Shown here piece after piece: positions 27,301 to 40,600 of a stretch of 64,000 bases of DNA. How positions within the stretch are numbered: position 1 is the stretch's first letter; each line of letters starts with the position of its first letter. The translations under genes and the position numbers were made by a program. The notes beneath the pieces are model-generated. The model made no database searches. It was not told the DNA's origin and saw only the letters and a program-made list of their open reading frames with translations. The stretch comes from Phyllosticta citribraziliensis (lineage: Eukaryota): NCBI RefSeq assembly GCF_038025025.1, contig NW_027117340.1:806001-870000 (forward strand), read 5' to 3'.

Positions 27301-30150
27301 CTAGGGAGGAGCTAAGATAAGTATATCCTTTATATATAAGATTATTAATATAGTAGTAGATTACTTTTATCTCTTATAGGTTAAGAGATTAGTAGCTATA
27401 AATAAATAGGGGATCCTTTCTAGCTTTAAGGGTAATTTTATAGTCTTTAGAGGAGTAATTAGGTAGGGATTTAGCCTAGTTTTAATTAAAGATAGAGATA
27501 AGGTTATAAAGGTAATTATAGATTTATAATTTAAGTTTAGAAAGTAAGAGCTTTAATTTTCCTTTCTTAAATTTCTTAAAGTCTTTAGGAGTAATAGTAT
27601 TTATTATTATAAAGTAGAGCTAGATAGTAGAGTTAATTAGAAAGAGAATACCTAAGTTATAGTCTTATTTATAGGTAAGTTAATAGAAGGATATAGTACT
27701 AATAAGTTTTATATTAAAGGCTAATTACCCTATACCTTATTATAATAGGGGGGTATCTATAGTAAGAATTTAGACTAATTTTTCTTTAATAAGATAACTA
27801 GCTTAAAGGTAGTCCTTAGAAGAGAGAGTAACTAAGTACTACTTATAATTAGTAGTAGTATTATACTTAGAGAGTTAAGGGTCTCCTAAGATAAGAGGAA
27901 TTTATAGAATAGTAGTAATATAGTAGAAGACCTAGCTAATATAGTCTTCTAGTACTATATTTATTAGGGTAGTATATTTAAGGATAGAGTTAACTAACCT
28001 ATTAATATTAAGAAGCTTTATAGGTAACTAGAGTAGAAATATATTAATATAATATTTATATATATAGTTCTTATTAATTATATTTACTTTAGTACTACTA
28101 TTAAGTAAGATCTTTATAGGGGAACTATCTATTAAAGAGTAAAAGACTAGGTAGCCCCTAATTTAGGGTTAAGTAATATCTAGTATTAAAATCTTATAAG
28201 ATAGTAAGCTAAGAGTTAAATCTTATTTAGTAGAGAAGGAATAAAGGAATATAAGCTATACTAGCTAAAAATCTAGAAAGTAACTATACTCTAGGTTTAA
28301 TCTTTTAATTTAGAGTTAGTATTAATTTCCTTATTATTAGAAGAATCTTTTAATAAACTAATATCTATAAGATTTATATAAGTAGGATAGGAGCTAGTAT
28401 CTTAAGTAGGATAGATAGTATTATTAATATAGTATCTAAAATCTTAATAATAGAAGTAATAGTCCTAAGTAGTAAGCCTTATATAGCTAGTTAAATTAAG
28501 CTTTTTAGGGGATAATTTAGACTTATACTAAACTCTAATCTAATCTAAAGGCCTTATAGCTATAGGCTTCTATTTAGGGCTAGAGTTAGTATTAGGGGTT
28601 AAGGCTAGTATATAGAAGGTAGGATAGATAGAGTTATTTCTAGTTAGCTAGTTATACTAGTAAGGGGACTAGATATAAGGCTAATAGGTATTAATACTAA
28701 AAGTATTTCTTTTAATATTTTAGAGAATTTTAAGGGCCTTAAAAGTCTAGGTAAAGGTTAGGTAGAGAATATAATAAGAGAGAAAGGGGTAGAAAGAGTA
28801 AATAAAGCTATAAAGCTATTAGTCCTCTATATAACTAGTTTAGGACTAGAGGGTAAGGAGTCTTATATAGAACTAGAAGGTATTTTTATCTCCTCTCTAG
28901 TAAATAGAGTAGAATTTAATATAGGCCTTTTAATTAGATCTAATATACTAGACTAGTATTTAATTTTATAAAAGAAGTTAGAAAGGGAGATAAGGTGGCC
29001 TTCCTAATTATAATAAGTAAACTATTCTTATATAGAGGTAAAGAGAGAGTTATTAAAAAAGTAAAGAGTATAGAGTATCTTCCTCTTTTTTATAAGGTAA
29101 AGAAGTATATCTACTTCTAATTTAATCTTAATAGTAAAGTACTACTAGATATATTTATTAGGGTTTATATTATTAAATTTCTTTAATAGGTATATACTAG
29201 ACTTCTAAAAGGATTTAGGTAGATTAACCTAAATAATAGTAGAGTCTTTATAAAGGAAGGGGGTCTCTTTATAATTATAAGTTAGGGATTAGATAGTAAT
29301 TATATAATTACTAGGAGTTTAGCTTATAGGCTCTTAAATTATAGTAAAGTAAGGAGGCTAGACTAAGTAATAGAAAGGGAGGTCTTTATTATTATTAATA
29401 ATCTTAATATAAGAGGTATTAGTAACCTTATTAGAGAGCTAGTTTTATAAAGAGGTAGTTTTAACCTTTAAGATATAAATCTCTTTAATAAGGACTTAAT
29501 AGTCTACTTTCTAAGTTAATATAGTAATATCTTATCTTTCTATCCTAGTATAGAGCTTATTAATAATATAGCTAAGATTAATATTCTTCTTTCTAAGTTT
29601 ATTAAGGATACTTTTTATACTATTATAAGAGGCCTAGAGGTATTTAAAAGTAGTTATTTCTTTTATAATAGATAAAGGGATTTTAGAGGTAGGAATATAG
29701 TAAAGTATTTAATAGTAGTTCTTAATAAGGTCTTAGAGGAAGGTAAATAAGGAGGGGGTAATATTTAGAGTTTTAATAATAAAGTCCTTAAAAATATATA
29801 GAGATTCCTATTTTAAAGGGAATAGGTAGTAGGCTCCTCTATTATAGATAGGAAGACTAATAAGGTTTAAACTAGGATAGATAACTAGAATAGTAGTATA
29901 ATTAGATAAGGAGTTATTATTATTATTAATACTAATAATTTCTAAGTTAAGGAGTAGGATATTAGCTAGGTTTATATCTAGATATATAGTAGAAGGGCCT
30001 TTATCCTTATCTAGCTAGGGTCCTTATTTATTAATAAAGAGTAGGTAGCTAGAGGCTACTACCTTAGCCTTATTAATATTAAGTTTAAGTATATTAGAGG
30101 TTTAAGGGGCTTATTTATTTAAAGTATTCTAAGTAGTATCTATTAGAGTA
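24330..30150 (-). pseudogene. RIP-inactivated gag-pol of element D (Zn knuckle, RT, RNase H, integrase, chromodomain-like end)
   Basis: De-RIP motifs: AYLDDILI (YLDD at 26942-26953), CFRCxxFGH (~28430-28465), WEIxKIVD...QYKA (~24468-24535). Boundaries approximate. Confidence 0.85.
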
Positions 30151-30368
30151 TTAGTAATAGAGGAAGCTTAGAATAAGACTAATTAAGAGTAGATAATAGG
30201 GGTATAGTATAAGTACTCTATAAAGTAGTAAGGGTAGGAGCTAGAGGCTTTAAAAAATATAGTATTTTAGGTACTAATTAATAAGGTAGATTTCTAAAAT
30301 AGGAAGTAGAGGCTACTTTAAATATAGTAATAAGGTTATTAGGTAAAGTTAAAGAGACCTTAGACTTA

Positions 30369-30574
30369 TATAAGGCTTAAAGAGGTAAGTACTATATTTA
30401 GCTAACTAAAAAGTCTAAGGTAAAGAGAAAAGGAGAAGTAGTATTAAGAAGAAGATAGAAATATAATTATAGTAGGCTAATTATTTAGCCTACTAAATAA
30501 GTATATAGTTATATACTTACTTATACTAGGTAGGGTTCTAGTAAACTAGTCCTTATATAGGCGCGGGCCTGATA
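30369..30574 (-). repeat. 5' LTR of element D (206 bp)
   Basis: Ends cctgata (RIPed CCTGACA), followed by TSD GTATC. Confidence 0.94.
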
Positions 30575-32659
30575 GTATCTTAGATAAAGAACTACTAGCT
30601 ATTAAAAATAGACTAGAAGAATAGAGACCTATACTTATTAGCCTTAAAAAACCTTTCCTTATAATTATAGACTACTAGGTACTAGAGTACTACTCTATAA
30701 AATAATAACTTAACTAATAATAAGCTAGATAGTCTAAATTCTTTATAGAATTCTATATATAATTCTCCTATTAGCTAGGAAAGGAAAATATTATTATTAA
30801 TTACCTTACTAGAAAATAAGAAGACCTAAAGACTTAGAAAGAAAAGGTAAAAGCTATATAAGAGATATATCTTATTCTTCTAGAAACTATTATCCCTCTC
30901 TTAGTTATAGAATAAGAACTTCTACCTCTAGTATTATTTTTAGATAAACTCCTCTATATAAATAGAGAAGATTCTTAATCTAAACTCTAAAGATAATAAG
31001 CTCTACTAGAAGACTTAGAATAATAGAATAGTTAGGAACTAAAGGATAGTCTCTTACTATAATATAGTACCCTCTTTATACTAGATTAAGATAACCTCTA
31101 TATAAGGACCCTTAATACTTTATATACTTCCTATATAACTATATACCCTAGTATTATAAAGATATATAAACTCCTTAAATAATATTACTATTAGCCTACT
31201 ATAAATTATATAATTAATATTTATTAATAAGGATGCTATATTTATTACTAAATAAAGGAGTTCTATAATAAAGACCTAGGCCTTTTATAACCTCTAGAGA
31301 TTCCTACTTAGCCCTAGTAATATTTAGCTATAGATTTTAAAGAAATACCTAAGGATTAGAAGGGCTATAATATAATTCTTATTATAATAGACTAGTTAAG
31401 CTAATAAACCTTTAGCTTACCTTATATAAAGAAGATTAATATAGAAGGAGTCTCTAGGCTATTTTATAAGTATATCTACTATATTTATAGAAACCCTAAA
31501 TCTATCCTTTCTAACTAAAGCCTATAGTTTATTTTAGTATTTATAAATAAACTATATAAGCTTATTAATATTAAATAGTACTTTAATTTATCCTATTACT
31601 TTTAAACTAATAGTATTATAGAGATTATTAATTAGTATCTTATATAAAGGTTAAGACCTTTTATTAATTACTTCTAGAATAATTAGTTAGATCTTCTACC
31701 TTCTATAGACCTTATATAAGTAATACTTCCTTATAAAGCTACTAGACTTTTACCTTTTAAGATTAAATTAGGATACTTACTATAGATATATTATAACTAG
31801 TAATAATAAACTAAGATTCCTTAATAGTTAGAGAAGATAGCTTATATAGTAGTATAAATACTATAAAAAAGAAGATAAGAAGTTTTTAAGTTTACTAAGA
31901 ACCTTATCCTTAAATCCTAAGAGTATATATATTAATAAGCTAATAAATACCTTTATATACTAGATTTTATAGTAGGAGATTATATCTATATTAAGAAAAT
32001 AGGATAGTCTACTAATTAACTAAATCTTAAGCTAGATTTTCCTAATACTAGACCTTTTAGGATCTTAGATATAGAAGGATCCTCTTATATCCTTAACCTT
32101 CCCTTATATATAAAGATAGTTAATCTTTTCTATATAGATAGGCTCTATAAGGCTATAATAAAGAAACTTCCTAATTAGGAGTATACTAAACTAGAACCTA
32201 AAATTATTTAAGATAAGCCTAAGTAGGAAGTAGACTATATTTAAGCTAGCTAAGTCTTATATAGAAAGCTTTAATACTAAGTATAATAGACTAGATATAA
32301 CTAAGATAATTAATAGTATAATATAAGTTCTTTTAGTAGTATACTATAGAAAATTAAAGAGTTCTACTCTTCTTATCCTACTATAGTAGGACTATCTAAA
32401 AACCTTAAAAAATAGAAGACTATCTTCCTATAGGAAGAACCCTAGAAAGAAATAATAAGTAATAATAAAATAAGTTACTTAGGCCTAAAGTAAATATTAT
32501 AAAGATATAGAAAGTAGACTAATTAATTTACTATCTACCTTTATATAAATACTATTAATCTTAACTTCTACTCTCTAGTCTCTTCTTTTTACTACTTAGT
32601 ACTATTCCCTACTATTTACCTACTTTACTTCTTTCCCTTTCCTTTTTCCTTCTTCTTAA

Positions 32660-33460
32660 CTTAACTATTATTATATAAGGTAGCTTCTTCCTACTCCTCC
32701 TATTCCTCTTATATATTATCCTAGTTAGCTAATATATAATCTATCTAATTCTATATTATAGCCTAATTATATAGATTAAGGAATATATCTATATAAATCT
32801 TATTACTATACCTCCTATACTAAGTAGGTAGCTTTATACCCTATAAGTTACTAATAGTATAGTTAAGGTTATCTATACCCTAGATATAGTTAGTATAGTA
32901 GCCCTATAAGAAACTAGGTAGGTAAGGTAGTAATAGCTAATAAATATATAAGTATTAGTATTATTATAATACTTAGTATACTAGATAAGAAAAGTATTAT
33001 ATAAGCTAGTATAAGTTTATATAGATAAGTAGTTAAAGTTCTAAGCTAAAACTATAATATATAAATAAGGTAGGCTATCTCCTAGAGCTAAAATATATCT
33101 AGTATACTCTTATACTTTATAGCTACCTAAGTAAGCCTATACTAGTTAGTTAAGATATCCTTATATTAGTAAGGAATACTTACCTATATAATACTCTCTA
33201 TATTCTCTTAAGGCACCTAAAGTACCTATTTAAAGTTCTACTTAATAGGCTCCTTATTAGAACTAACTAGTAATATAGTAATATAGATCTTACTATTATT
33301 ACTATTATATAAACTAATAGGTACTAAGTACTTAGCTATAGGGACCTAATAAGCTATAGGATTATAGTAATAGTATATATAAATAGGCTCCTTATCTTCT
33401 TTATCTAAAATAGGCTATATAATAGTAAAGTAATAATAATATAGTATAATAATAGGTAAA
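32660..33460 (-). pseudogene. Antisense accessory ORF relic of A' with DUF3716-like Cys motif (~32855-33000)
   Basis: De-RIP PGFLQGRCANCIWGMDNLDCTI. Carries a ~27-bp deletion relative to family A. Confidence 0.55.
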
Positions 33461-34277
33461 GCTAACTAGCTAATAATAGGCTAAGTAGCTAATAATAATA
33501 GACCTTATATAATAGCTAATAATACTATAGGACTAGATACTATAGGATAGTACTAGTAAAGTAATAAGCCTAGCTATATAAGTAAAGCCTAGCCTAACTA
33601 TATAGTTATATAAGTAACCCTAGTATCCTCTATAATTATATTAGTTAGTAAGACTAGATAATAAAGTAGTAAAACCTAGATATATAAAGCTACCTAGATA
33701 TAAGGTAGTCTTATAGGAACTAGATAATAAGTTAGTAATAATCTTTAGGTAGAAGACTCTCTTACTATAATATAGCTCTATTTAATAGTCCTAGTAAATA
33801 CTACTAGTAAGAACAGCTCTCTAAGTAAGTAGTAATTATAATAGATTATAAATAATACTAATATAATAGTATAATAAGTATTATATAATAGTAAGGAATC
33901 CTAATAAGTAACTAGCTAATACTCTACTAGTAAAGGGCTACTCTCTTTACTCTTAGTAGAGTATAGCTCTTTTAAGCCTTTATATAACTATTAGTTTACT
34001 AGATTATGGCTAATTTAGCTAGTATAATAATATACTTTAGTAGGGAGCTCTAGATATAGCTAAGATAGAAAGTAACCTTTTATAGGTTATATAGTAATAG
34101 AAGATAGTAATAGAGAAAGATGGTATAGTAATAAAGCTAGACTAATAATTATACTTTATAAACTATATAGAATACCTAAATTACTAAACTTCTACTACTA
34201 TATATTATAGGTCTATACCTATATAAGTGCCTATAGCTACTAATTCTTATAATTTTAGCTTCTCTTTAGGGGGGGCA

Positions 34278-34668
34278 TATTATAATAGGTATTTATATAC
34301 TTATATAAGTACTAATATTAGTATAGAGAAAACTAGTATTATATAGTTATAAGATACTAGCTACTATAACCTTAGGCTAATACTAGCTATACCTTAGGCT
34401 AATACTAGCTACTATAGCCTTAGGTAGATATAGTATAATAACCTATTAATACCTTACCTTTATAAATAACCTAATAATAACTACTAACCCTTATATAAAG
34501 GTCTAGAGATAGAAAGGTGTAAAGGGAAGGTTAGGAAATAGATAGGAAGTAAGTATCTTTTATCTTTTATTCTTTTAACTTATTATATTTAATTAAGATA
34601 TATATACATTCTCTAGCAGTTTACCTTTAGCCCTAACCTATAAAATAAGAATCCTATAAGTCATGACA
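34278..34668 (+). repeat. 3' LTR of A' (391 bp)
   Basis: Follows the PPT and ends TCATGACA. Diverged relative of the family-A LTR. Confidence 0.9.
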
Positions 34669-34708
34669 AGCCCGAACCTATAAAATAAGAAACTTATAAG
34701 TTATAACA
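34669..34708 (+). repeat. Terminal 40 bp of another A'-type LTR
   Basis: agcccgaacctataaaataagaaacttataagttataaca repeats 34629-34668 with several differences. Confidence 0.75.
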
Positions 34709-35009
34709 CTTATAATCTTACTAACTAGCCTTATCTAAGGCTATAGACTATAAAAATAATAATACCTAGAGCTTCTAGTATATCTAAAGATATAGTATTT
34801 TATCCTAATACTATATAGGGTATAATTAAAATAAGAAAACTTATTAGTAAGAGATTAATAATAAGTCTTATCCTCTTATAAGTAGTAAGAGACCTATTAA
34901 TAGTATTATAGTACCTAGTATGGTACTACTAGTCGGCACCGTTTTTACGGCTCTAGAATGTTATTTTTAGCATCATTATTCCCGTTCCTAATGGTGATTT
35001 TAGCTCTAA

Positions 35010-35336
35010 TATAAGTAGGAGATTAGGCTAGTATAATAATAGGATAATAGATAGCTCTAGAATCTTAGAAAATTATAGTTCTATATAGTCTAGTAGTAAT
35101 AATAATAGCTAATAAAAGTATAGGTAAACTTAGCATCTTTAGTAGTAATAGGAGGTCTTATATTATTAGTATTTTTAGTAGTAGATTAGCTAGTTATATA
35201 CCTCCTTTTATAGCTACTTATAAAGAGGTACTACTTATATAAATAAAGTCTTTTATACCTAGTTAAACTATTATTTATAGTATACTTAGTTATTTATTTA
35301 TTTATACTTATTATTTATACCTAAGTCTTTATTATA
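35010..35336 (+). repeat. Possible 5' LTR of a further element G (internal part 35337-35670, interrupted by F)
   Basis: RIP-compatible TG/CA ends (tataag...ttata), TATA-like tatataaataaa near 35237, followed by ggttgg. No partner LTR in the window. Confidence 0.3.
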
Positions 35337-35670
35337 GGTTGGCTAAAAACCTATAATTATATTAAATACTACTTAGTATTAAGTACTAGGTATACCTATA
35401 CTATAACTACTAGCTATAGCTATAAGCTATATATACTAAAGTTACCTAACTCCCTAAGAGTCTTAGCTACTTAGATAACTTAACCTTAGTACTTATATAT
35501 ATAATACTAATATAATAATAGAAATAAGAATAGAGCCTCCTATACCTATAGTAGGGACTTAATTAAGTAGTTAGTTTTAAAAAATATATTACTATTACTA
35601 AGCTAGTAATCTATTATATAATATAGAATTAAAATAAGGTCTTAATCTCTTATAGTACCTATCTTCCTTC

Positions 35671-35916
35671 TATTATAATACCTAAGGTAAGTTAGGTAAT
35701 AGAATATAAAAGGATCTTATTATATAAATACTATAGATAATTATCTTTTTTTTCTTATAATTAATACTTCTAAGTAGACTTATTACTAATTTAACTTCTA
35801 TCTTATTTATATACCCTTCTTACTTAGCTTTATCTCCTATACTTATATACTTTAGTACTAGGTAAATAGTTACTTAGAACTAGTCTATTAATTAGGTAAT
35901 TTATTAGCTTATAATA
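35671..35916 (+). repeat. 5' LTR of element F (~246 bp)
   Basis: tattataata...cttataata (RIPed TGTCA...TGACA), followed by gaaaaataaagatt, analogous to the family-A LTR/PBS junction. Partner LTR not in the window. Confidence 0.65.
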
Positions 35917-36079
35917 GAAAAATAAAGATTATTAAGTTACTATATCTTTCCTTATATTATTTCTCCTAATATCTAGAAAGGTCTAAAATATCCCCTACTA
36001 AAAATACTAGGTATATATTCTAGAAATATTATCTATATTAGTTAATTAAGTACTATTCTAAGTCTTATAGTATAAGTAC

Positions 36080-37621
36080 TAATAGATACCCCTATAAGTC
36101 TAGAGGACCCCTAGGTATATAGCTAGAGCTACTTTATATAAAGAGAATATAAATAGTCTCTTACTCTAAACCCCTATAAGTAATAAGGTTATATTATATA
36201 AATTAGACTAAGTTAAGAACTAGTTAAATATAGCTAATCTAGGATCTAGTTATAAAGATAGAGTAATAAGATTAATTTCTATAGCTCCCCTAAACCCTTC
36301 TATATAGATAGAAGAAAACCCTAATAATCCTTCTCTAGAACTAGAAGAGAATCTTATCCTTTTATCTTATATCTATTAAGTTAGCTTATTAAACCTAAAG
36401 TTACTTAAGGTAGTAATAGAATAGGGACCTTATAAAGAAGTTATTTCTAAGCTATTTTATAGACTCCTAGGATTTAAGGAGGCTATTAAAAGCTAGTATA
36501 ATAAGACCTATAAGGCTAAAATTATTAAAATACTCTTTAATAAGAAATACTAAATAGTTATTATAGAAGGAGTAATCTCTTACTATAGATAGTTTATAGA
36601 CTACTATAAGAATAAGATTCTAGTAATTCTACTAGTCTATATAATAGATAAGATTACTAAGGAATAAACTACCTAGGAATAGTTATTCTATAAGGAAACT
36701 ATATTCTTCTATAAATTAATTTATATAACTATAAGCTAGCCTATCTAGAAGTACTATATTAAGATCTCTAATCTATCTCTCCTTATAGATAGAAAAGTAC
36801 TAAAGTACTAGGTCTAGCTCTACTAAGTTAAGAATAAAATTTATACTAATTATAATTAATTTATCTTAGATAATCTTATAGATACTAAGGTAGTAATTAT
36901 AGTATATATTATATCTAGGATTAATAGTAAAGTAGTAGATTACCTTCTTTCCTTTCTTAATATTAAAGAAAAGAAAGAATTACTAGTTATAGATACTAAT
37001 TTATATACCTTTCTTAGGGATAAGTTTAATAACCCTTTTAAAAGAAAGGAAGCTAAGAATAGCCTTTAATACCTCTACTTCTATATAAGTAATAATTTCT
37101 AATTATATATTATTAAATTTACTACCTTAGCCCTTAATATAGATCTACCTTAGTTCTAATAGAAGGAAGAGTTTTATACCTCTTTAAATCCTTAATTAAA
37201 GATATATATAATACTCTATAAGGATAATAAGTATATTAAATTCTAGGATTATATTAATAAGGTATCTATTATTATATATAATCTAAAGGACTATTAAGCC
37301 TTATATATATAAGTAAGTAAGTCTAAGGTAAAATAATAATAGGAAGAATTTTTTAAGAAAAAGGTTAATATTAGCTTAAGTACCCCTAAGAAACTTAGAT
37401 ATACTAGGACTACCTTATATACTATTAAGCCTAAGGAATCTAAGAAGTCTATTAATAGTAGTAAAAAGGATACCTACTATAATTATAAAAAGAAAGAATA
37501 TTAGGTATATAACTATATAGTCTCTATTAAGGAAATTAATATATAATTTAAGGAAGAAGAGCTTATACTAGAATTGAAAGAATTCTTTAAAAGTAGTAAC
37601 TTAAAAAACTCCCTTCTCTAA
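36080..37621 (+). pseudogene. gag relic of element F
   Basis: De-RIP CYNCxKxGHWxxxC knuckle at ~37476-37517. Ends near AAAAAAC at 37603-37609. Start approximate. Confidence 0.75.
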
Positions 37622-40600
37622 ATTCTAGGCCTATCTTAGAGATAATAATTAGGTCCCTCTAGTTTAAAGGTACTAATATTAGAATTAATAATTTTATAGG
37701 AGGCTAAGCCTTTACTATATCTATTAAGATTTATAAAAATAGGAAAGCTCTTTATATTAAAGTACTAGTTAATACTAGTACTCTTAGAATTTATTTTATT
37801 TATCTTTAACTTACCTAATACCTTAATATACTTAGTATATATAAATATAAGATTATTAGGGGTATATTTAAAGCCTTAGGATTTAATAGATAAGTAGCTA
37901 CTAAATTAAAGTATATTTATTTCCTTACTATTACTTTTAACTAAAAAATATAAAAAATATAGGCCTTTATTATAATAATTAGCTATAATAATCTTATACT
38001 TAGGAAATATTTCTTTACTTAGAATAACCTCTTACTAGATTATAAAAAATATAAGCTTCTTAGCTAAGATAATAAGGCCCTACCTATATATAAAAAAATA
38101 TTTCCCCTTATCTACTTAGTAGTATACTAATAAGGAAAAATCTTAGAAATATATTAAAAAGATCTAGAAAGAAGAGAAAAAATCTAAAAAGATATAGAGG
38201 AGAAAGTAGTTAATTAATAGACTAACTTCTTACTTATTTCTTTAAACTCTCTTTTTATATAAGATAAAACTACTAAAGTCTAAGTTATTACTCTCTAGGA
38301 AGTTAATATAAGAATTTAAGAACTTACTTTACTCTAAGAAGATAAAGAAACTTTATAACTTCTTAAAGAATACCTTCTACCTTAGTATAAGGAATATTAG
38401 GATATCTTTTCTAAATAATAGTCTAATATCCTACCCTTATACTAGCTAGGTTTTAATTATAAAATTACTATTAATAGAAATAAACCTTTTTCTCTCCCTC
38501 TAAGCCCCTTATATAGAATAATAATAGAATAATTATAAGTTATAAAGAATTATATCCTTAAGAATCTTAAAAAAGGCTTTATAGTTAAAAGTACTATACT
38601 ATATATATTACTAATTCTTATAGTTTAAAAAGGAAGTAGTAAGTAGAGATTCTATATTAACTACTAGTAGCTAAATATATATACTAAGAAAGATTTATAC
38701 CCTCTATCTCTTATCTAAGAAATTCTCTAAAGAATTACTAAGGGTAAAGTATATATTAAGTTAGATATCTAATAGACTTTCTACTAAATTCTTATAAATC
38801 TAGAATTCTAGGATCTAATAATCTTCTTTATATAATATAGATATTTTAAATATACTATACTCCCCTTTAAACTCTATAATAGTCCTACCTTATTTTAGTA
38901 ATTTATTAATAAAGAACTTATACTATACCTAGATAATTTTATTATTATTTTTATAGATAACTTACTTATTATCTCTAAAGACCCTTAAGAATATAAGTAG
39001 TAAGTTAAGAAGGTACTTAAATAATTATAAGAAGCTAATTTATAGGTAGATATTAAGAAATCTAAATTTTTTATTACTTATATAAAGTTTTTAGGATATA
39101 TTATCTCTATTAATAGGATTTCTATAGATCTAGATAAGATATATACTATACATAAATAGAACTTATTAATAACCCTTAAAGGACTTTAAGCCTTCCTTAG
39201 GTTTTATAATTTCTACTAGAACTTTATCCTTAAATATAATAGAATAGCTAGGCCTCTAGAGAAACTCTACTCTAAATAGAAATTCTATATCCTTAATAAC
39301 TTTAAAATCTAGATATTCTAATAACTAAAGAGGATAATAACTAGCTCCTTAGTAATAATATATTATAATTCTAAGGTACTTACCTATATAGAAATAGATA
39401 TAAGTAATAGAGTAGTAGCTAAAGTTCTATTATAATATTAAGAAATTAAAAAATAAAGGCCTATAACTTTCTATTCTAAGTTAATATTAGATATAGAACT
39501 CTAATATAAAATCTATAATAAAGAGTTCCTTATAATTATATATAGATTTAAGGAATAGAGAAGTATACTCCTAGGCCTATATTAGCCTTTTACAGCTATT
39601 ATTAATTACTAGGTACTAAAGTACTTCTCTACTAAATATTTACTTAATACTTAATAAGCCTAATAGTTAGAGAAACTTATAGAATATTATATATAATTTA
39701 TATATAGGCCTAGGAAAGATAATATTATTACTAATACCCTTACTTAAAAATAGGAAGAGTTATAAATCTAGAAGAATAAGAGTATTACTAGGTATATAAT
39801 ATAACTTATAGCTAAAAACTAGATCCTTAACCTAAATATCCTTAATATTACTTTTAATAGCTTATTCCTAATCCTAGAGAGAATACTAGAAGTAAATAGA
39901 ATATCTAGTATATTAGAAGAATAGTATATATAAGCTTATAAACCTAATAAGAAGGACTAAACCCTCTATAATAACTACCTCTTCTATAAGGAGTACCTTA
40001 TAGTCCCTAAATAAGATATCTTATATATAGAGCTAGTAAATAAAATCTACTTATTACTACTCCTTATATATACTAGATAAAATAAGACTTAGAAAGTAGT
40101 TAGAAGGTACTACTACTAGTTAGGTATTATCTCCTATTATATATACTAGAGAAATATAAACTTTTATAATAAGAAGCTAGGATTACTCTAACCTCTCTTT
40201 ATCCTAGACTAAGTCTAGTAATATATTACTATAGACTTTAAGAAGATATCTAAGGATAAATCTAGGTATAATACTATTCTTATATTTATAGATTAACTAA
40301 ATAAGTAAACCTTTAGCCTTCCCTATTATAAATTAATTAATACTAAGGGTATTATATAACTATACTACTAGTTTATTTAGAGAATATATAGTATATCTAA
40401 ATTAGTAGTCTCTAATTAAGGACCTTAGTTTATTTTAGATTTTTAGAATAAGCTATATATAATTATTAGTATTAAATAGAAACTTATCTTAGTCTACTAC
40501 TCCTAGATAAATAATACTACTAAAGTTATAAACTAGGTTATTAATCCATATCTATAACTATATATTAACTATTTCTAGGATAATTAGGTAGAAAGGCTTC

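Larger units (their letters stand above)
24042..30574 (-). mobile_element. Full-length Ty3/Gypsy element D, 6533 bp, TSD GTATC
   Basis: 206-bp LTRs at 24042-24247 and 30369-30574. GTATC at 24037-24041 and 30575-30579. C-run (PPT on minus) at 24251-24259. Confidence 0.94.
30575..34668 (+). mobile_element. Family A' host element, segment 4 (RNase H end, integrase, chromodomain, antisense ORF region, PPT, 3' LTR)
   Basis: Colinear with family-A ~61430-64000 and with the reverse complement of 6178-10310. PPT ttagggggggca at 34266-34277. Confidence 0.9.
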
